A stretch of DNA of 64,000 bases, taken from Candidatus Eiseniibacteriota bacterium (GTDB lineage Bacteria > Eisenbacteria > RBG-16-71-46). The stretch covers positions 224,001 through 288,000 of the forward strand of contig CAVUWA010000010.1 in the NCBI GenBank assembly GCA_963744995.1. Reading direction: 5' to 3'. The translations under genes were made by a program, and so were the position numbers. The notes beneath the pieces were generated by a model. It ran no database searches and had not been told where the DNA came from. It was given only the letters and a program-made list of their open reading frames with translations. Shown piece after piece: positions 43,415 through 54,016 of the stretch; the first letter of the stretch is position 1; every line of letters starts with the position of its first letter.

Positions 43415-45030
43415 CGGCGCGTCGCCACCACGATGACGGCGATCTGGCCGGCCACGGCGAGCCCCTCGCGGAAGATGGCCCAGAAGTCGACCGACTTGCG
43501 CTCGGGCACCCAGATGAGATCGCCGGGCGACACGTTTGGAACGTCGCGGGCACGCAGCGTCTGCCCGGTCACTGCTCGCGTAATGAGCACCCTGCCCCGC
43601 GCCGCGAGCTTCGAGTAGCCCCCCGCGAGGCGGACGTACTCGTTCACGTCGCGTTGAGGATCGAACGCGACGATTCCAGGCCTGCGGACCTCGCCGTCGA
43701 CGCGTACCGATGCGATCAGGGGATCCACCCGCACGACATCGCCCTGCCTGAGAATGATGTCCAGCTCCTGCGACTGCCGCACGCGGGACCAGTCCACCCT
43801 GAATTCATCCCGGCGCTCCGCGAGGCGGGTGCGAAGCACCTCGTATTCGGAGTCGGTCATCTCGGCGCGCGACAGGCGCTGCAGGCGCTCGAACTCGGGA
43901 TCCGATTCGTCGCTGCCCGGCCGCTTGCGATAGATCCGGATCGTGGAGAGATCCGCCTGCGACGTGAACCCACCTGCCGACGCCACGAGGTCGGAAAGCC
44001 GCGTCTGTCCGGTGGACAGCGGGTAGGTTCCCGGCTTCAGCACTTCGCCGAAGATGGATGCCTGCTCGAGCAGATGGAACTGCGAAAGCAGATAGATGAA
44101 CACCCGATCTCCGTCCTTCAATGACGGATTGAAACCGTGGCGGTAGACGCTTTCGAGGTTGAAGAACGTCGACTCCGCCGTCGTCGGCGTCACCCAGCGC
44201 AGCATGAGCGCATGGTCCACCAGGGCCGACGGCAACGGGCCGCCCGCGATGTCCATGAGCGTCATCAGACTGTCGCTGGGGCCGAGCTCATAGGAACCGG
44301 GGCGGGCCACGGCGCCCCGAATCTCCACGAACTCGCTCGCCACCGGAACGCGGACGACGTCGCCATCGACCAGGTACGGGTTCTGCTCCATGCGGCCCAG
44401 ACGTTCGAACAGCTCCAGGTCCGCGATGAGGCGTGTTCCATCGCGGCGGACGACTTCCACATTGCGTCGCGACGCGCCGTCCTCCAGGGCCGTCCGGGGC
44501 AGGATGTCGCTCACGCGACTGGTGGCGGGAACCTCGATCGCCCCCGGCTGCTTGACGGCGCCGGTGACGTAGATCCGCATCGAGCGGACCCGCATGAGCT
44601 GAACGTTGAGCCGCACCCCGTTCAACCGGTCCGCGACGCGGTCCGAGAGCTGATCCCGGAGCTCCGCGAGCATCAGCCCGTCCGTGTCGATCGACCCGAG
44701 GTTGGGAACGAAAAGCTGCCCTTCAGCGCCCACGGTCACGACGAATTGCCGCGTGATCCGCCCCGTGAGGTTCACCTGCAGGACGTCTCCCGGGCCCATG
44801 CGGTACGTGCGCGGATCGATGGGTCCGGCCACGGGGGACGCATCGACGGTGCCGGCCGCCTGCTCCGCAGCCTTGTTCCGCAGTGCCTCCACGTCCTCAC
44901 TCGTGTACGCGCGCGGCAGGTCCGTAGCGTCCAGCGTCGGCTCCTGCGCGATGGCGCCGCCCGGGCCGCACGCGGACAGGAAGACGCTGCAGGCCACCCA
45001 CATGACCAGCCACCGGCACCTTCGCCTCAC
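43411..45030 (-). CDS. polysaccharide export protein with multiple SLBB domains (Wza-like)
   Basis: YRMGPGDVL motif; repeated GxVxxPGxY / AGG units; signal peptide. Confidence 0.87.
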   Translation of the reverse strand: MRRRCRWLVMWVACSVFLSACGPGGAIAQEPTLDATDLPRAYTSEDVEALRNKAAEQAAGTVDASPVAGPIDPRTYRMGPGDVLQVNLTGRITRQFVVTVGAEGQLFVPNLGSIDTDGLMLAELRDQLSDRVADRLNGVRLNVQLMRVRSMRIYVTGAVKQPGAIEVPATSRVSDILPRTALEDGASRRNVEVVRRDGTRLIADLELFERLGRMEQNPYLVDGDVVRVPVASEFVEIRGAVARPGSYELGPSDSLMTLMDIAGGPLPSALVDHALMLRWVTPTTAESTFFNLESVYRHGFNPSLKDGDRVFIYLLSQFHLLEQASIFGEVLKPGTYPLSTGQTRLSDLVASAGGFTSQADLSTIRIYRKRPGSDESDPEFERLQRLSRAEMTDSEYEVLRTRLAERRDEFRVDWSRVRQSQELDIILRQGDVVRVDPLIASVRVDGEVRRPGIVAFDPQRDVNEYVRLAGGYSKLAARGRVLITRAVTGQTLRARDVPNVSPGDLIWVPERKSVDFWAIFREGLAVAGQIAVIVVATRR

Positions 45031-46079
45031 CCGCTCACCTCTTTCAGCACCTTCCGCCGTCCGTACATCCGCTCATAGTACGCGCGGAACTCGCCTTCCT
45101 TGATCGGCCGCCACCACGTTTCGTGAGTGCGATACCACTCGACCGTCTGCGCGAGGCCCTGATCGAACTCGACCGCCGGCTTCCAGCCCGTGCGGTTCTC
45201 GAGCCTGGTCGAATCGACCGCGTAACGGCGATCGTGGCCGGGCCGGTCCTCGACGTGCCGGATGAGCGTCTTCGGCTTGCCGAGCAGCCGCAGCAGATGG
45301 TCGGTCACGGTGAGCACGTCCAGTTCTTCGCCCGCGCCGATGTTGAACGTCTCGCCCTCGACGCCGTCGTGGGTCAGCAGCCGGAGCAGCGCGTCGCAAT
45401 GGTCGTCCACGTGCAGCCAGTCGCGCTTGTTGAGCCCGGTACCGTACACGGGCAGCGGCTGGTCGTCGATCGCGTTGGTGATGAACAGCGGCATCAGCTT
45501 CTCGGGGTACTGGCGCGGGCCGAAATTGTTCGAGCAACGGGTCACCACGACCGGAAGCCCGTAGGTCGTCCAGTACGCGTAGGCGAGCCGGTCGCCGCCC
45601 GCCTTGCTCGCGGCATAGGGGCTGCGGGGCATGAGCGGCCAATCCTCGGTCGAGCGGCCTTCGAGCACCTCGCCGTAGACTTCGTCGGTCGAAACCTGCA
45701 CGAAGCGGGTGATCTTCTGCCGGAGCGCCTCCTCGCACAGAACGAAAACGCCGTACACATCGGTCTGGATGAAGTCGCCCGGGGTCTCGATCGAGCGGTC
45801 GACGTGCGACTCGGCGGCGAAGTTCAGGACGTAGTCGCAGCCCGCCATCGCCTGCGCCACGGCTTTTGGGTCGCGGATGTCGCCATGCACGAACGTCAGC
45901 GCCTCGGCCGAAATCCCGTCGAGATTCTCGCGGCGCCCCGCGTAGGTGAGCGCGTCGAGCACGACGACATGCGCATCCGGGTGCCGTGCGTGCAGCATGT
46001 GCACGAAGTTGGAGCCGATGAAGCCGGCGCCGCCGGTGACCAGGATCCTGCGGCCGCCGAGCTTGCCGCGCTCAGCCAT
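45027..46079 (-). CDS. rfbB: dTDP-glucose 4,6-dehydratase
   Basis: TGGAGFIGSNF, DALTYAG, AAESHVDRSI, STDEVYG, SPYAASKA and DRPGHDRRY motifs. Confidence 0.95.
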   Translation of the reverse strand: MAERGKLGGRRILVTGGAGFIGSNFVHMLHARHPDAHVVVLDALTYAGRRENLDGISAEALTFVHGDIRDPKAVAQAMAGCDYVLNFAAESHVDRSIETPGDFIQTDVYGVFVLCEEALRQKITRFVQVSTDEVYGEVLEGRSTEDWPLMPRSPYAASKAGGDRLAYAYWTTYGLPVVVTRCSNNFGPRQYPEKLMPLFITNAIDDQPLPVYGTGLNKRDWLHVDDHCDALLRLLTHDGVEGETFNIGAGEELDVLTVTDHLLRLLGKPKTLIRHVEDRPGHDRRYAVDSTRLENRTGWKPAVEFDQGLAQTVEWYRTHETWWRPIKEGEFRAYYERMYGRRKVLKEVSG

Positions 46080-46527
46080 CCTTGCGACTCCAGTCGTATG
46101 GAACGCTCGGATCGTCGGGCGCAACGCGGTGCTCGTCGGGCTTGTCGTAGACGTAGTGCTCGGTGGGCGTGTTCACGAGGTAGGCGGGTTCGGTGCCGAC
46201 CCCCTTCATGCCGTGCAGCACCAGCGGCGGGATCACCACGAGAATCGGGTTCTGCTCGCCCATGAAGAATTCATTGACCTCGCCCTTCGTCGGGCTGTCC
46301 TCGCGCGAATCGTACAGCACGACCTTGGCCATGCCCTTCACGAAGACGAAATGGTCGGTCTGTTTGCGGTGGTAATGCCACCCCTTGACGACGCCCGGAT
46401 ACACGACCGAGAGGTAGACCTGCCCGAACTTCTGGAAGAACTCATCGTCGTCGCGCATCATTTCCATGAGGAAGCCGCGCTCGTCCGGGATCACCTTGAG
46501 CTTCTTGATCTTCACACCGTGGATCAT
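46072..46527 (-). CDS. rfbC: dTDP-4-dehydrorhamnose 3,5-epimerase family (short form)
   Basis: DERGFLME, PGVVKGWHYH, DSREDSPT and IPP.V.HG motifs. Confidence 0.85.
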   Translation of the reverse strand: MIHGVKIKKLKVIPDERGFLMEMMRDDDEFFQKFGQVYLSVVYPGVVKGWHYHRKQTDHFVFVKGMAKVVLYDSREDSPTKGEVNEFFMGEQNPILVVIPPLVLHGMKGVGTEPAYLVNTPTEHYVYDKPDEHRVAPDDPSVPYDWSRKDG

Positions 46528-47891
46528 CGGGTGCTCCTCTTCCGCGCCGCGCGGCGCGGCGTGGCGCCGTGCGCGGTCGGGCGCCCACGGCCGACACCGA
46601 TGTGGGTCAGGCCGGCGCGCTCGACTTCGCTCGGATCGTAGATGTTGCGCAGGTCGCACAACACCGGCCTCTTCATCACCCGCTTGAGCGCGCCCAGGCG
46701 GATGTTGCGGAACTCGTTCCACTCCGTGACGATCGCCACGGCATGGGCGCCGCGCGCGGCGTCGATCGCGTCCTTCATGAACTCCACACCGCGCAACTCC
46801 TTCAACTTCGCGGCGACCGGCATGGCCACCGGGTCGAACGCACGCACCTTGTAGCCACGGCGCTTCAAGCCCTGGATGATCTTGATCGACGGCGCCTCGC
46901 GCATGTCGTCGGTGTTGGGTTTGAAGGCGAGCCCCAGGATGCCGATGCGTCGCCCGCGCCCCTTGCCCGCCGCGGCGGCGATCTTGTCCACCATGCGCTT
47001 CATCTGGTTTTCGTTGGCGGCGATCGTCGCCTCGACGATGCCGACCGGCGTGCCGGCATCGCGGGCGAGCGAGGCCAGCGCCAGCGTGTCCTTCGGGAAG
47101 CAGGAGCCGCCGTAGCCCGGGCCCGAATGCAGGAACTTGGGGCCGATGCGGCGATCCATGCCGAGCCCCTTCGCCACGGTCTGCACGTCGGCGCCGACCG
47201 CCTCGCACAGGTTGGCGACCTCGTTGATGAACGAGATCTTGGCGGCGAGAAACACGTTCGACGCGTACTTGATCAGTTCCGCCGTCTCGAGCGAGGTGAC
47301 CACCATCGGCGTCTCGATCAGGAACAGCGGATCGTGAATCTTCTTGAGGATCGTGGCTGCGCGCTTCGTCTCGGCGCCGATCACCACGCGGTCGGGCCGC
47401 ATGAAGGTCTCGATCGCCGAGCCCTCGCGCAGGAACTCCGGGTTCGACGCCAGGTCGAATTCGGCACCGCGCTTCGCGAAGCGGCGCATGTACCGCCCCA
47501 GGTCGCGGGCGGTGCCGACCGGCGCGGTGCTCTTCTGCACCACGACCATGTATCCGTCGAGGTTCTGCGCGATGGTCTTTGCGACCGCGTAGATCGCGCT
47601 GGTGTCGGCGCTGCCGTCGGCGCGCGGCGGGGTACCGACCGTGATGAAGACGACCTTGCTCTTCGGCAGAGCCGCCTCGAGGTCGGTTTCGAAGCTGAGC
47701 CGCCCTTCCTGCACGTTGCGGGCGACGAGATCCTGAAGCCCGGGCTCGTAGAACGGCACCTCGAGAGCGCGCAGACTCTCGATCTTGGTGGGGTCGCTGT
47801 CGACGCACACGACCTGGTTGCCGAAGTCTGCAAGGCAGGCGCCGCTCACGAGGCCCACGTAGCCGGTACCCACGACGGTGATCTTGTGCAA
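46524..47891 (-). CDS. ugd: UDP-glucose 6-dehydrogenase
   Basis: GTGYVGL, KSTAPVG, NPEFLREG, GYGGSCFPKD and FKPNTDDMRE motifs; TTG start. Confidence 0.94.
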   Translation of the reverse strand: MHKITVVGTGYVGLVSGACLADFGNQVVCVDSDPTKIESLRALEVPFYEPGLQDLVARNVQEGRLSFETDLEAALPKSKVVFITVGTPPRADGSADTSAIYAVAKTIAQNLDGYMVVVQKSTAPVGTARDLGRYMRRFAKRGAEFDLASNPEFLREGSAIETFMRPDRVVIGAETKRAATILKKIHDPLFLIETPMVVTSLETAELIKYASNVFLAAKISFINEVANLCEAVGADVQTVAKGLGMDRRIGPKFLHSGPGYGGSCFPKDTLALASLARDAGTPVGIVEATIAANENQMKRMVDKIAAAAGKGRGRRIGILGLAFKPNTDDMREAPSIKIIQGLKRRGYKVRAFDPVAMPVAAKLKELRGVEFMKDAIDAARGAHAVAIVTEWNEFRNIRLGALKRVMKRPVLCDLRNIYDPSEVERAGLTHIGVGRGRPTAHGATPRRAARKRSTR

Positions 47892-47978
47892 GGCGGGTTC
47901 CTTGTGGAGGTTCGGGCGCCGGCGGCGCCGGGGGCTCGAAGGGCGGTCCGGCATCGCGGACGCCCCAAACGGCACTGG

Positions 47979-48007
47979 AGGTTAGGGGGTCGCCCTCGCG
48001 CGGTCAA
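47979..48007 (-). promoter_or_regulatory. sigma70-type promoter TTGACC-N17-TAACCT upstream of ugd
   Basis: Same hexamers as the promoter at 11776-11805. Confidence 0.65.
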
Positions 48008-48010
48008 ACC

Positions 48011-48982
48011 TCATCCGGCGCTCCGGCACCGGTCGAGCAGATCGTGCAGGGTGACCTCGAGACCGAAGCGCGGACGCCAGCCGGTGGCCGCGCGGACGCG
48101 CGTGGGATCACCCACCAGATACGGCACGTCGGCCGGGCGAACGCGCTCCGGGTCCACCTCGACGCGCACCGGCACGCGCGCCATGCCGGTCAGCATCTCG
48201 ACGACGCCGGTGAGCGGCATGCCCGTGCCGCTGCAGACGTTGTAGGCCGCACCAGCCACTCCCGTTTCCAGCAGCCGCGCGTAGCATTCGGCGACGTCGC
48301 GGACGTCGAGAATGTCGCGGGTAACGCCGAGATTCCCGACCCGCAGCACGCCCCCGGCACCGCCCTTTTCGAGCGCGGCGATCTGCAGCGCGAAGGACGG
48401 CATGGCGAAGCGCGCCGATTGCCCCGGGCCGGCGTGACTGAACGAACGGGTGCGGATCACGTCGAGCCCGTGACGCTCGTGGAACGCCAGCGCCAGCTCG
48501 TCGAGCGTGGCCTTCGAGAACGCGTAGGGGCTGACCGGCCGGAACGGCGCGTCCTCGGCGACCCGTGACCCCTCGGGCTGCGGTCCGTAGGCTTCGCCCG
48601 AACCGATCACCAGCACCCGCGCTCCGCCGGCGTGCGCGACCGCCGCGCGCAGCACGTGCCACGAGCCCAGCACGTTGACTCGGAAGGTCGCCTCGGCCTC
48701 GCTGAAGGAAAGTCCTGCGCTGGCCTGGCCGGCGAGATGGACGATGGCCTCCGGCGCGGCGTCCCGCACGGCAGTCATGACGGCGTCCCCGCCAGCGAGA
48801 TCCGCGCGGTGCCACCCGGCGAGCGACTCCAGCGGCGACCCGGGCTCCGTTCCGAGACCCGACACGCGCGCGCCGCGGGCGATCAGCACGCCGACCAGAT
48901 GGCGGCCGACGAAGCCGCTCGCGCCCGTCACCAGCACGCGGGCTCCGTCGAGCGGGCGCGGCGCCGACGCGGCGTGCATCAC
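48011..48982 (-). CDS. GDP-4-keto-6-deoxymannose reductase (Rmd-like SDR)
   Basis: TGASGFVG, PVSPYAFSK, HAGPGQS..F, VGNL...RD.LDVRD and YNVCSG motifs. Confidence 0.78.
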   Translation of the reverse strand: MMHAASAPRPLDGARVLVTGASGFVGRHLVGVLIARGARVSGLGTEPGSPLESLAGWHRADLAGGDAVMTAVRDAAPEAIVHLAGQASAGLSFSEAEATFRVNVLGSWHVLRAAVAHAGGARVLVIGSGEAYGPQPEGSRVAEDAPFRPVSPYAFSKATLDELALAFHERHGLDVIRTRSFSHAGPGQSARFAMPSFALQIAALEKGGAGGVLRVGNLGVTRDILDVRDVAECYARLLETGVAGAAYNVCSGTGMPLTGVVEMLTGMARVPVRVEVDPERVRPADVPYLVGDPTRVRAATGWRPRFGLEVTLHDLLDRCRSAG

Positions 48983-49018
48983 CGGCCGTCCGGCGCGGAA
49001 GCGGACGCCGGGATCATG

Positions 49019-49972
49019 TCAGCGTGCCCGCCAGTGCTCCAGCATGTCCCGGAGCGTCTGCTCGAACGGGATCGTCGGCTGCCAGCCCGTCGCCTTCACG
49101 AACTTCGAGTTGTCGCCGAGCAGGATCGGCACGTCACTGGGCCGCAGGCGCGCGGGGTCCTGCCTCACCTCGATCTTCGCCTTCGTCATGCCGAGCAGCA
49201 TCTCGAGCAGCTCGCTGATCTTCCAGGCCCGGCCCCGGCAGATGTTGTACGCCTCTCCCGGTTCGCACTTCTCGAGCGCCAGCCAGTAGGCCTTCACCAT
49301 GTCGCGCACGTCGGTGAAGTCGCGCTGCGCTTCGAGGTTGCCCACGCTCAGCACCGGCTCACGGCGGCCCTTCTCGATGTCGGCGATCTGCTTGGCGAAA
49401 TCGCTCGCCACGAACACCGGCCCGCGCCGCGGCCCCTCGTGATTGAAACCGCGCGTGCGCACGCAGTCCACCTTCCACGACATCCAGTACTGGTAGCCGA
49501 GCATGTCCTGCGCGACCTTGCTGACCGCGTACGGCGACAGCGGGCGCAGCGGGTTGGTCTCCCGGATCGGCACCTCGTCGGGATAGACCATCCCGTACTC
49601 TTCGCTCGAGCAGGCGAGCTGGATGCGGCAGTCGAGCTTCATGTGCCGCACGGCTTCGAACAGGTTCACCTGCGCGAGCACGTTGGTGGTCAGCGATTCC
49701 GTCGGCGCGATCCACGACGTCGGCACGAACGACTGTGCGGCCAGGTGGAAGATCCATTCCGGCTTCACCTTCTCGAGCGTGTCGCGCGTCGAGGTCGCGT
49801 CGCGCAGGTCGCACTCGAGCATGGTGATGCGTTCGGCGAAGTGCTCGACGTTCTCGGTACGGCTGCGCCAGCGCTGGATGCCGAAGATGTCGCAGTCGCC
49901 CCGCTCGAGCATGTAGTCGACGAGGTGGCTGCCGGCGAAACCGGTGACGCCGGTGACGAGAACACGACGCAT
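49019..49972 (-). CDS. GDP-mannose 4,6-dehydratase-like SDR
   Basis: HLAAQSFVPTSW, SSEEYG, PLSPYAVSK, FNHEGPRRG..FV and GNLEAQRD motifs. Confidence 0.8.
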   Translation of the reverse strand: MRRVLVTGVTGFAGSHLVDYMLERGDCDIFGIQRWRSRTENVEHFAERITMLECDLRDATSTRDTLEKVKPEWIFHLAAQSFVPTSWIAPTESLTTNVLAQVNLFEAVRHMKLDCRIQLACSSEEYGMVYPDEVPIRETNPLRPLSPYAVSKVAQDMLGYQYWMSWKVDCVRTRGFNHEGPRRGPVFVASDFAKQIADIEKGRREPVLSVGNLEAQRDFTDVRDMVKAYWLALEKCEPGEAYNICRGRAWKISELLEMLLGMTKAKIEVRQDPARLRPSDVPILLGDNSKFVKATGWQPTIPFEQTLRDMLEHWRAR

Positions 49973-50013
49973 GGACGCTCCTGGCCTGGGACGGATCCTT
50001 CGAACGAGCCTGA

Positions 50014-50042
50014 AAAGTATGCAGTCGGGCCATCGGGGTCAA
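50014..50042 (-). promoter_or_regulatory. sigma70-type promoter TTGACC-N17-TACTTT
   Basis: Read directly in the divergent intergenic region. Confidence 0.5.
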
Positions 50043-50187
50043 CGCGGGCGGCGGCCGATCCGCTCGCCCTGACCGTTCGCGGTGCATTCGACCCATGCTA
50101 GACTGCGCCGCGCCGTTCGGCACTTCCGCCTTTCGGATCGACGCCAGGCGACCTCCATCCCCTCTCATTCACGCAGGGACAGCCCAT

Positions 50188-51681
50188 TTGAACGTGTCCA
50201 GGTCGCTCACCAGCGGGCGTCTTCTCGCCCGGAATTCGCTGTGGAACCTGCTGGGCCAGGCCACGCCCGCCCTGATCGCCCTGATCGCCGTTCCGCAGAT
50301 GTTGCACGGATTCGGCGTCGAGCGATTCGGTGTCCTCACGCTCGCCTGGGTGTTCATCGGCTACTTCAGTCTGTTCGACTTCGGAATCGGCTGGGCGCTG
50401 ACCAAACTGGTGGCCGACCGGCTCGGCCACGGCCGAACCGAAGATCTCGCCGAGACCGTCTGGTCCGCATGGTTCGCCATGTTCGCGCTCGGTTGCGCGG
50501 GCGCACTGGTCGTCGCTCTGGTGGCACCCGTGCTCGTCGAGCGTATTCTCCATGTTCCCGCGGCCCTTCAGCAGGAGGCCGTGCGCGCCTTCACCTGTCT
50601 CGCGGTCGCCCTGCCGTCGGTCACGCTGGGCGCGGGCGCGCAGGGCGTGCTCGCCGCCCACCAGCGGTTCGGCGCCATCAATGCGATCCGGATCCCGCTG
50701 GGAATCCTGCTCCTGCTGGGCCCGATCGCCGTGCTGCCGTTTTCCAGGAGCCTCGTGGTGGCGGTGGGCGTGCTCGCGGCGCTGCGCTGGGCGGCGTGCG
50801 CCGCCATGCTCGTGCAGAACCTGCGCCTGTTCCCGTGGTTGCGCCGTCCGGCGTTTCGCGCCGGCGTGCTGGGAGAGCTGTTGCGCTTCGGCGGCTGGAT
50901 GACCGTGAGCAATGTCCTCGGTCCGCTGATGGTCTCAGTCGACCGGTTCGTGATCGGCGCGGTGCTGTCGGTCGAGCTCGTCGCCTATTACACGACCCCC
51001 TACGAGATGATCACGCGCGCCTGGATCCTCTCCGCTCCGATCGTGGGCGTGCTGTTCCCGGCGTTTGCAGCGAGCTTCACGACGGATCCGCCGCGCACGC
51101 GCGAACTGTTCCGCTGGGGATTCAAGGCGATCCTCGGCGCGCTGCTGCCGGTGAGCATGTGCGTGATCGCACTGGGGCACGAGGGACTCAACCTCTGGCT
51201 GGGCCCGGCCTTCGCGAGTCGGAGCACGGCCGTATTGCAGTGGCTTGCGATCGGTGTCTTCATGAACGGCCTCGCCCAGATGGCGATTTCACTCGTGCAG
51301 GGCACCGGGCATCCGCGCTGGAGCGCGACGCTGCATCTCATCGAACTGCCCTTCTACCTTGCCGGGCTCTGGTTCCTGGTGCACACGTACGGTATCGTCG
51401 GTGCCGCCATGGCCTGGACCCTGCGAGCGGGCTTCGACGCCGTGGCGTTGTTCGTCATGTGCCACCTGCTGCTCGGGACGGAGGCGAAGACCCGCCGGGC
51501 CCATGCCGCCGGATTCGGACTCTCGCTCGCGCTCCTCGCCGGTCTCATGCAACCGTTCAGCCTCGCGCTGCGAGCCGTCTTCCTGAGTGCCGGACTCCTG
51601 GCGTTCGGGGTGCTGGCGTGGCAGCGCATCCTCGTCCCCGGTCGCCGGCTGCTCGGGATCCCGCCACGGGCGGCCGGATGA
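50188..51681 (+). CDS. Wzx flippase (second copy)
   Basis: RNSLWNLLG, ERFGVL, FDFGIG, DRFVIG and YYTTPYE motifs; about 14 TM segments. Confidence 0.87.
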   Translation: MNVSRSLTSGRLLARNSLWNLLGQATPALIALIAVPQMLHGFGVERFGVLTLAWVFIGYFSLFDFGIGWALTKLVADRLGHGRTEDLAETVWSAWFAMFALGCAGALVVALVAPVLVERILHVPAALQQEAVRAFTCLAVALPSVTLGAGAQGVLAAHQRFGAINAIRIPLGILLLLGPIAVLPFSRSLVVAVGVLAALRWAACAAMLVQNLRLFPWLRRPAFRAGVLGELLRFGGWMTVSNVLGPLMVSVDRFVIGAVLSVELVAYYTTPYEMITRAWILSAPIVGVLFPAFAASFTTDPPRTRELFRWGFKAILGALLPVSMCVIALGHEGLNLWLGPAFASRSTAVLQWLAIGVFMNGLAQMAISLVQGTGHPRWSATLHLIELPFYLAGLWFLVHTYGIVGAAMAWTLRAGFDAVALFVMCHLLLGTEAKTRRAHAAGFGLSLALLAGLMQPFSLALRAVFLSAGLLAFGVLAWQRILVPGRRLLGIPPRAAG

Positions 51682-52715
51682 GCGAAGGCGCTACACGCCC
51701 GACGCCGATTCGCACGCGGCCCTGTCCACGGTGTCCCATTTGCGGGCACGGTGGCGAGGTGCGGCACGACGCGGTCAAAGACCACTGGTTTGGAACGCCC
51801 GGAACCTGGACGCTGCGGGAGTGCGGCGCGCCGACGTGCGGCGCGCTCTGGCTGGATCCGGCGCCGCATCCCGACGATCTCCCCCTCGTGTACGCGAACT
51901 ACTACACCCACGAGGCGACGCCATCCGCCCGGGTTCGCATGCTGCGCCCATTCTATCGGCTTGCTCGCGCTCACTATCTGGCCCGGAGATTCGGATACCC
52001 ATCGGCTCCCGGCGGGGCGGCGGGCGCATGGCTGGGACAGCTGCTGCGGGTCGTCCCCGGCGCCGCCGATCTCGCCGACCGCACCGTGATGCATCTGCCG
52101 GCACGCGAAAACGGGAGGCTGCTGGACCTCGGCTGCGGAGACGGAGCGCGGGTTCGAACGCTGGTCGCGGGCGGTTGGAACGCCACGGGTCTCGACTTCG
52201 ACGAAGCCGCCGTTGCGGCGGGCCGCGCGGCCGGCCTCGACCTGCGCGCGGGAACGCTGTGGAGCGAGTCGTTCCCGGAGGCGACGTTCGATGCCATCAC
52301 GATGTCGCACACGATCGAGCACCTGCCGGACGTCCCGGCCGCTTTGCGGGAGTGTCATCGGCTCATGAAAGCGGGCGGGATTCTCTCGATCGTCACACCC
52401 AACGCGAGGAGCCTCGGCCACGCCGCATTCGGCCCCGTCTGGAGGGGCCTCGAGCCCCCCCGTCATCTCCAGGTCTTCACCCGGCGCGGCCTGGAGACGG
52501 CGATCACCGGGGCGGGCTTCGGCGTGATCCGGAGCTGGACCAGCGCGGATGCGGCCCCGTTCATCTTCCGGGAGAGCGCGAAGGCGGGACGCGAGGGGGT
52601 GCATCGGGGCTCATCCGCCGCGTCGAGCGCCGGCGGCTTTGCGGCGCGCGAGCGCAGAGCGCTGCGGCAGGATCCATGCGCCGGCGAGGAGATCGTTCTG
52701 CTGGCCTCGCGCTGA
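51678..52715 (+). CDS. class I SAM methyltransferase with zinc ribbon
   Basis: CPIC...C...C, LLDLGCGDG, HTIEH, TPN and PPRHL motifs. Confidence 0.85.
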   Translation: MSEGATRPTPIRTRPCPRCPICGHGGEVRHDAVKDHWFGTPGTWTLRECGAPTCGALWLDPAPHPDDLPLVYANYYTHEATPSARVRMLRPFYRLARAHYLARRFGYPSAPGGAAGAWLGQLLRVVPGAADLADRTVMHLPARENGRLLDLGCGDGARVRTLVAGGWNATGLDFDEAAVAAGRAAGLDLRAGTLWSESFPEATFDAITMSHTIEHLPDVPAALRECHRLMKAGGILSIVTPNARSLGHAAFGPVWRGLEPPRHLQVFTRRGLETAITGAGFGVIRSWTSADAAPFIFRESAKAGREGVHRGSSAASSAGGFAARERRALRQDPCAGEEIVLLASR

Positions 52716-52777
52716 GCCGCCCGGAGGCGCGGGGACACGCCCTCCACCTGCAGCCCGGCCCGCGCGCCCCGCGGGCG

Positions 52778-53872
52778 CTACCTGAACCGCCGGCTCCGCT
52801 TCTTCGCCTTCACCGCCTCCGGCGCCGGCCACTCCGCGCGGGCGTACGTGGTCGGCGCGAACGACTCGCGCACCGCCAGCGCCCACTCGGCGGCGCCCAG
52901 CGTCTCCTTCTCCAGCTTGTCGCCGAACGCGAGCCAGGCGCGGCGCGCCGCGGCGCGGTAGCGCGCCTCGCCGGTGGCCGCGCTCAACTCGCACAGGAAG
53001 CGCGCCGCCCGCGCGTTCTCCTCCGACACGATCGGCGCCTTCTTCGTTTCGCCCTTCTTGTCCGGGACCGCACGCGTGTAGAAGCCGCCCCGTTTCGGAT
53101 CCTCGAAGCGCGCGAGGATCAGGTCGCCGAGCTGGATCGCGCGCTTGCGGTCGATCTCGCGGCCGACGACCTGGGCAGACAGCAGGCAGGCGCGCCCGGT
53201 CTCCACCTGATCGACGAGCAGCGGCGGTGAGATCACCATGTCGAAGTCCCCTTTGCGCATCAGGCCGAACCGCGGATCCCAGCACTTCCGCCACACGCGG
53301 TCGATGCTGAGCAGCGCGAAATCGCGGCGCCGCACGTCGCCAGTCGCCGCGCTCCAGCGCAACCATGCGTGGATCGCGAGGCCGTTGACCTCCGGCAACA
53401 GGAAGCGGTCGCCGATCTGCGACGGCATGAAGCCGCCGCGGCCGTCGAGCAGGACACGATCGAAGTAGTCGATCACCTGCGCCGCGCGGCGCCGCGCCGG
53501 CTTGCCGTAGCCCGCCTCCATCATGTCGACGAGGTTTTCGAGACGGCGCGCGTTGGTGTCGCCGCGCTTGTCGAAGCTCGGGTGCATCGGGTCGGCGTTC
53601 TTCGCGTTCTCCATGAAGCCGCCGCCCACGGAGTCGTAGAGCGTCCAGGTGAAATCCATCGTGCGCGCGGCCCGCTCGCGCCAGTCGCCTTCCGTCTCGC
53701 CCGCACGGCGGATCGACAGCTCGAGCGCGGCGCTCGAGGGGGCCTCGCTGCGGTCCACGAACGCGTGATGGTCCTGATCCCAGCCCGCGGCGACCTGGGC
53801 GGACAGCCGCTCGTAGAGCTGCTGATCCGCGGACGGCGCGGCGAGGATCACGGCGATCAAGATGGGAAACAT
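52778..53872 (-). CDS. hypothetical exported alpha/alpha-toroid protein (YyaL/DUF255 C-terminal-like)
   Basis: Signal peptide; repeated D...GGF units and NA..A.. helices. Confidence 0.6.
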   Translation of the reverse strand: MFPILIAVILAAPSADQQLYERLSAQVAAGWDQDHHAFVDRSEAPSSAALELSIRRAGETEGDWRERAARTMDFTWTLYDSVGGGFMENAKNADPMHPSFDKRGDTNARRLENLVDMMEAGYGKPARRRAAQVIDYFDRVLLDGRGGFMPSQIGDRFLLPEVNGLAIHAWLRWSAATGDVRRRDFALLSIDRVWRKCWDPRFGLMRKGDFDMVISPPLLVDQVETGRACLLSAQVVGREIDRKRAIQLGDLILARFEDPKRGGFYTRAVPDKKGETKKAPIVSEENARAARFLCELSAATGEARYRAAARRAWLAFGDKLEKETLGAAEWALAVRESFAPTTYARAEWPAPEAVKAKKRSRRFR

Positions 53873-54016
53873 CGGGCCTCCGGAGTCGGTGGGCGGGGCG
53901 CGCGGCCCGCAAGGACGTTCACCCGGGGCATCGGCACCGCGGCCGGCGCGCTTGAGGCGGCCGGATCTGCGGCCGCAACCTGCTGCCGGGCAGGAGGATG
54001 GCGGATCGGTTCCGGG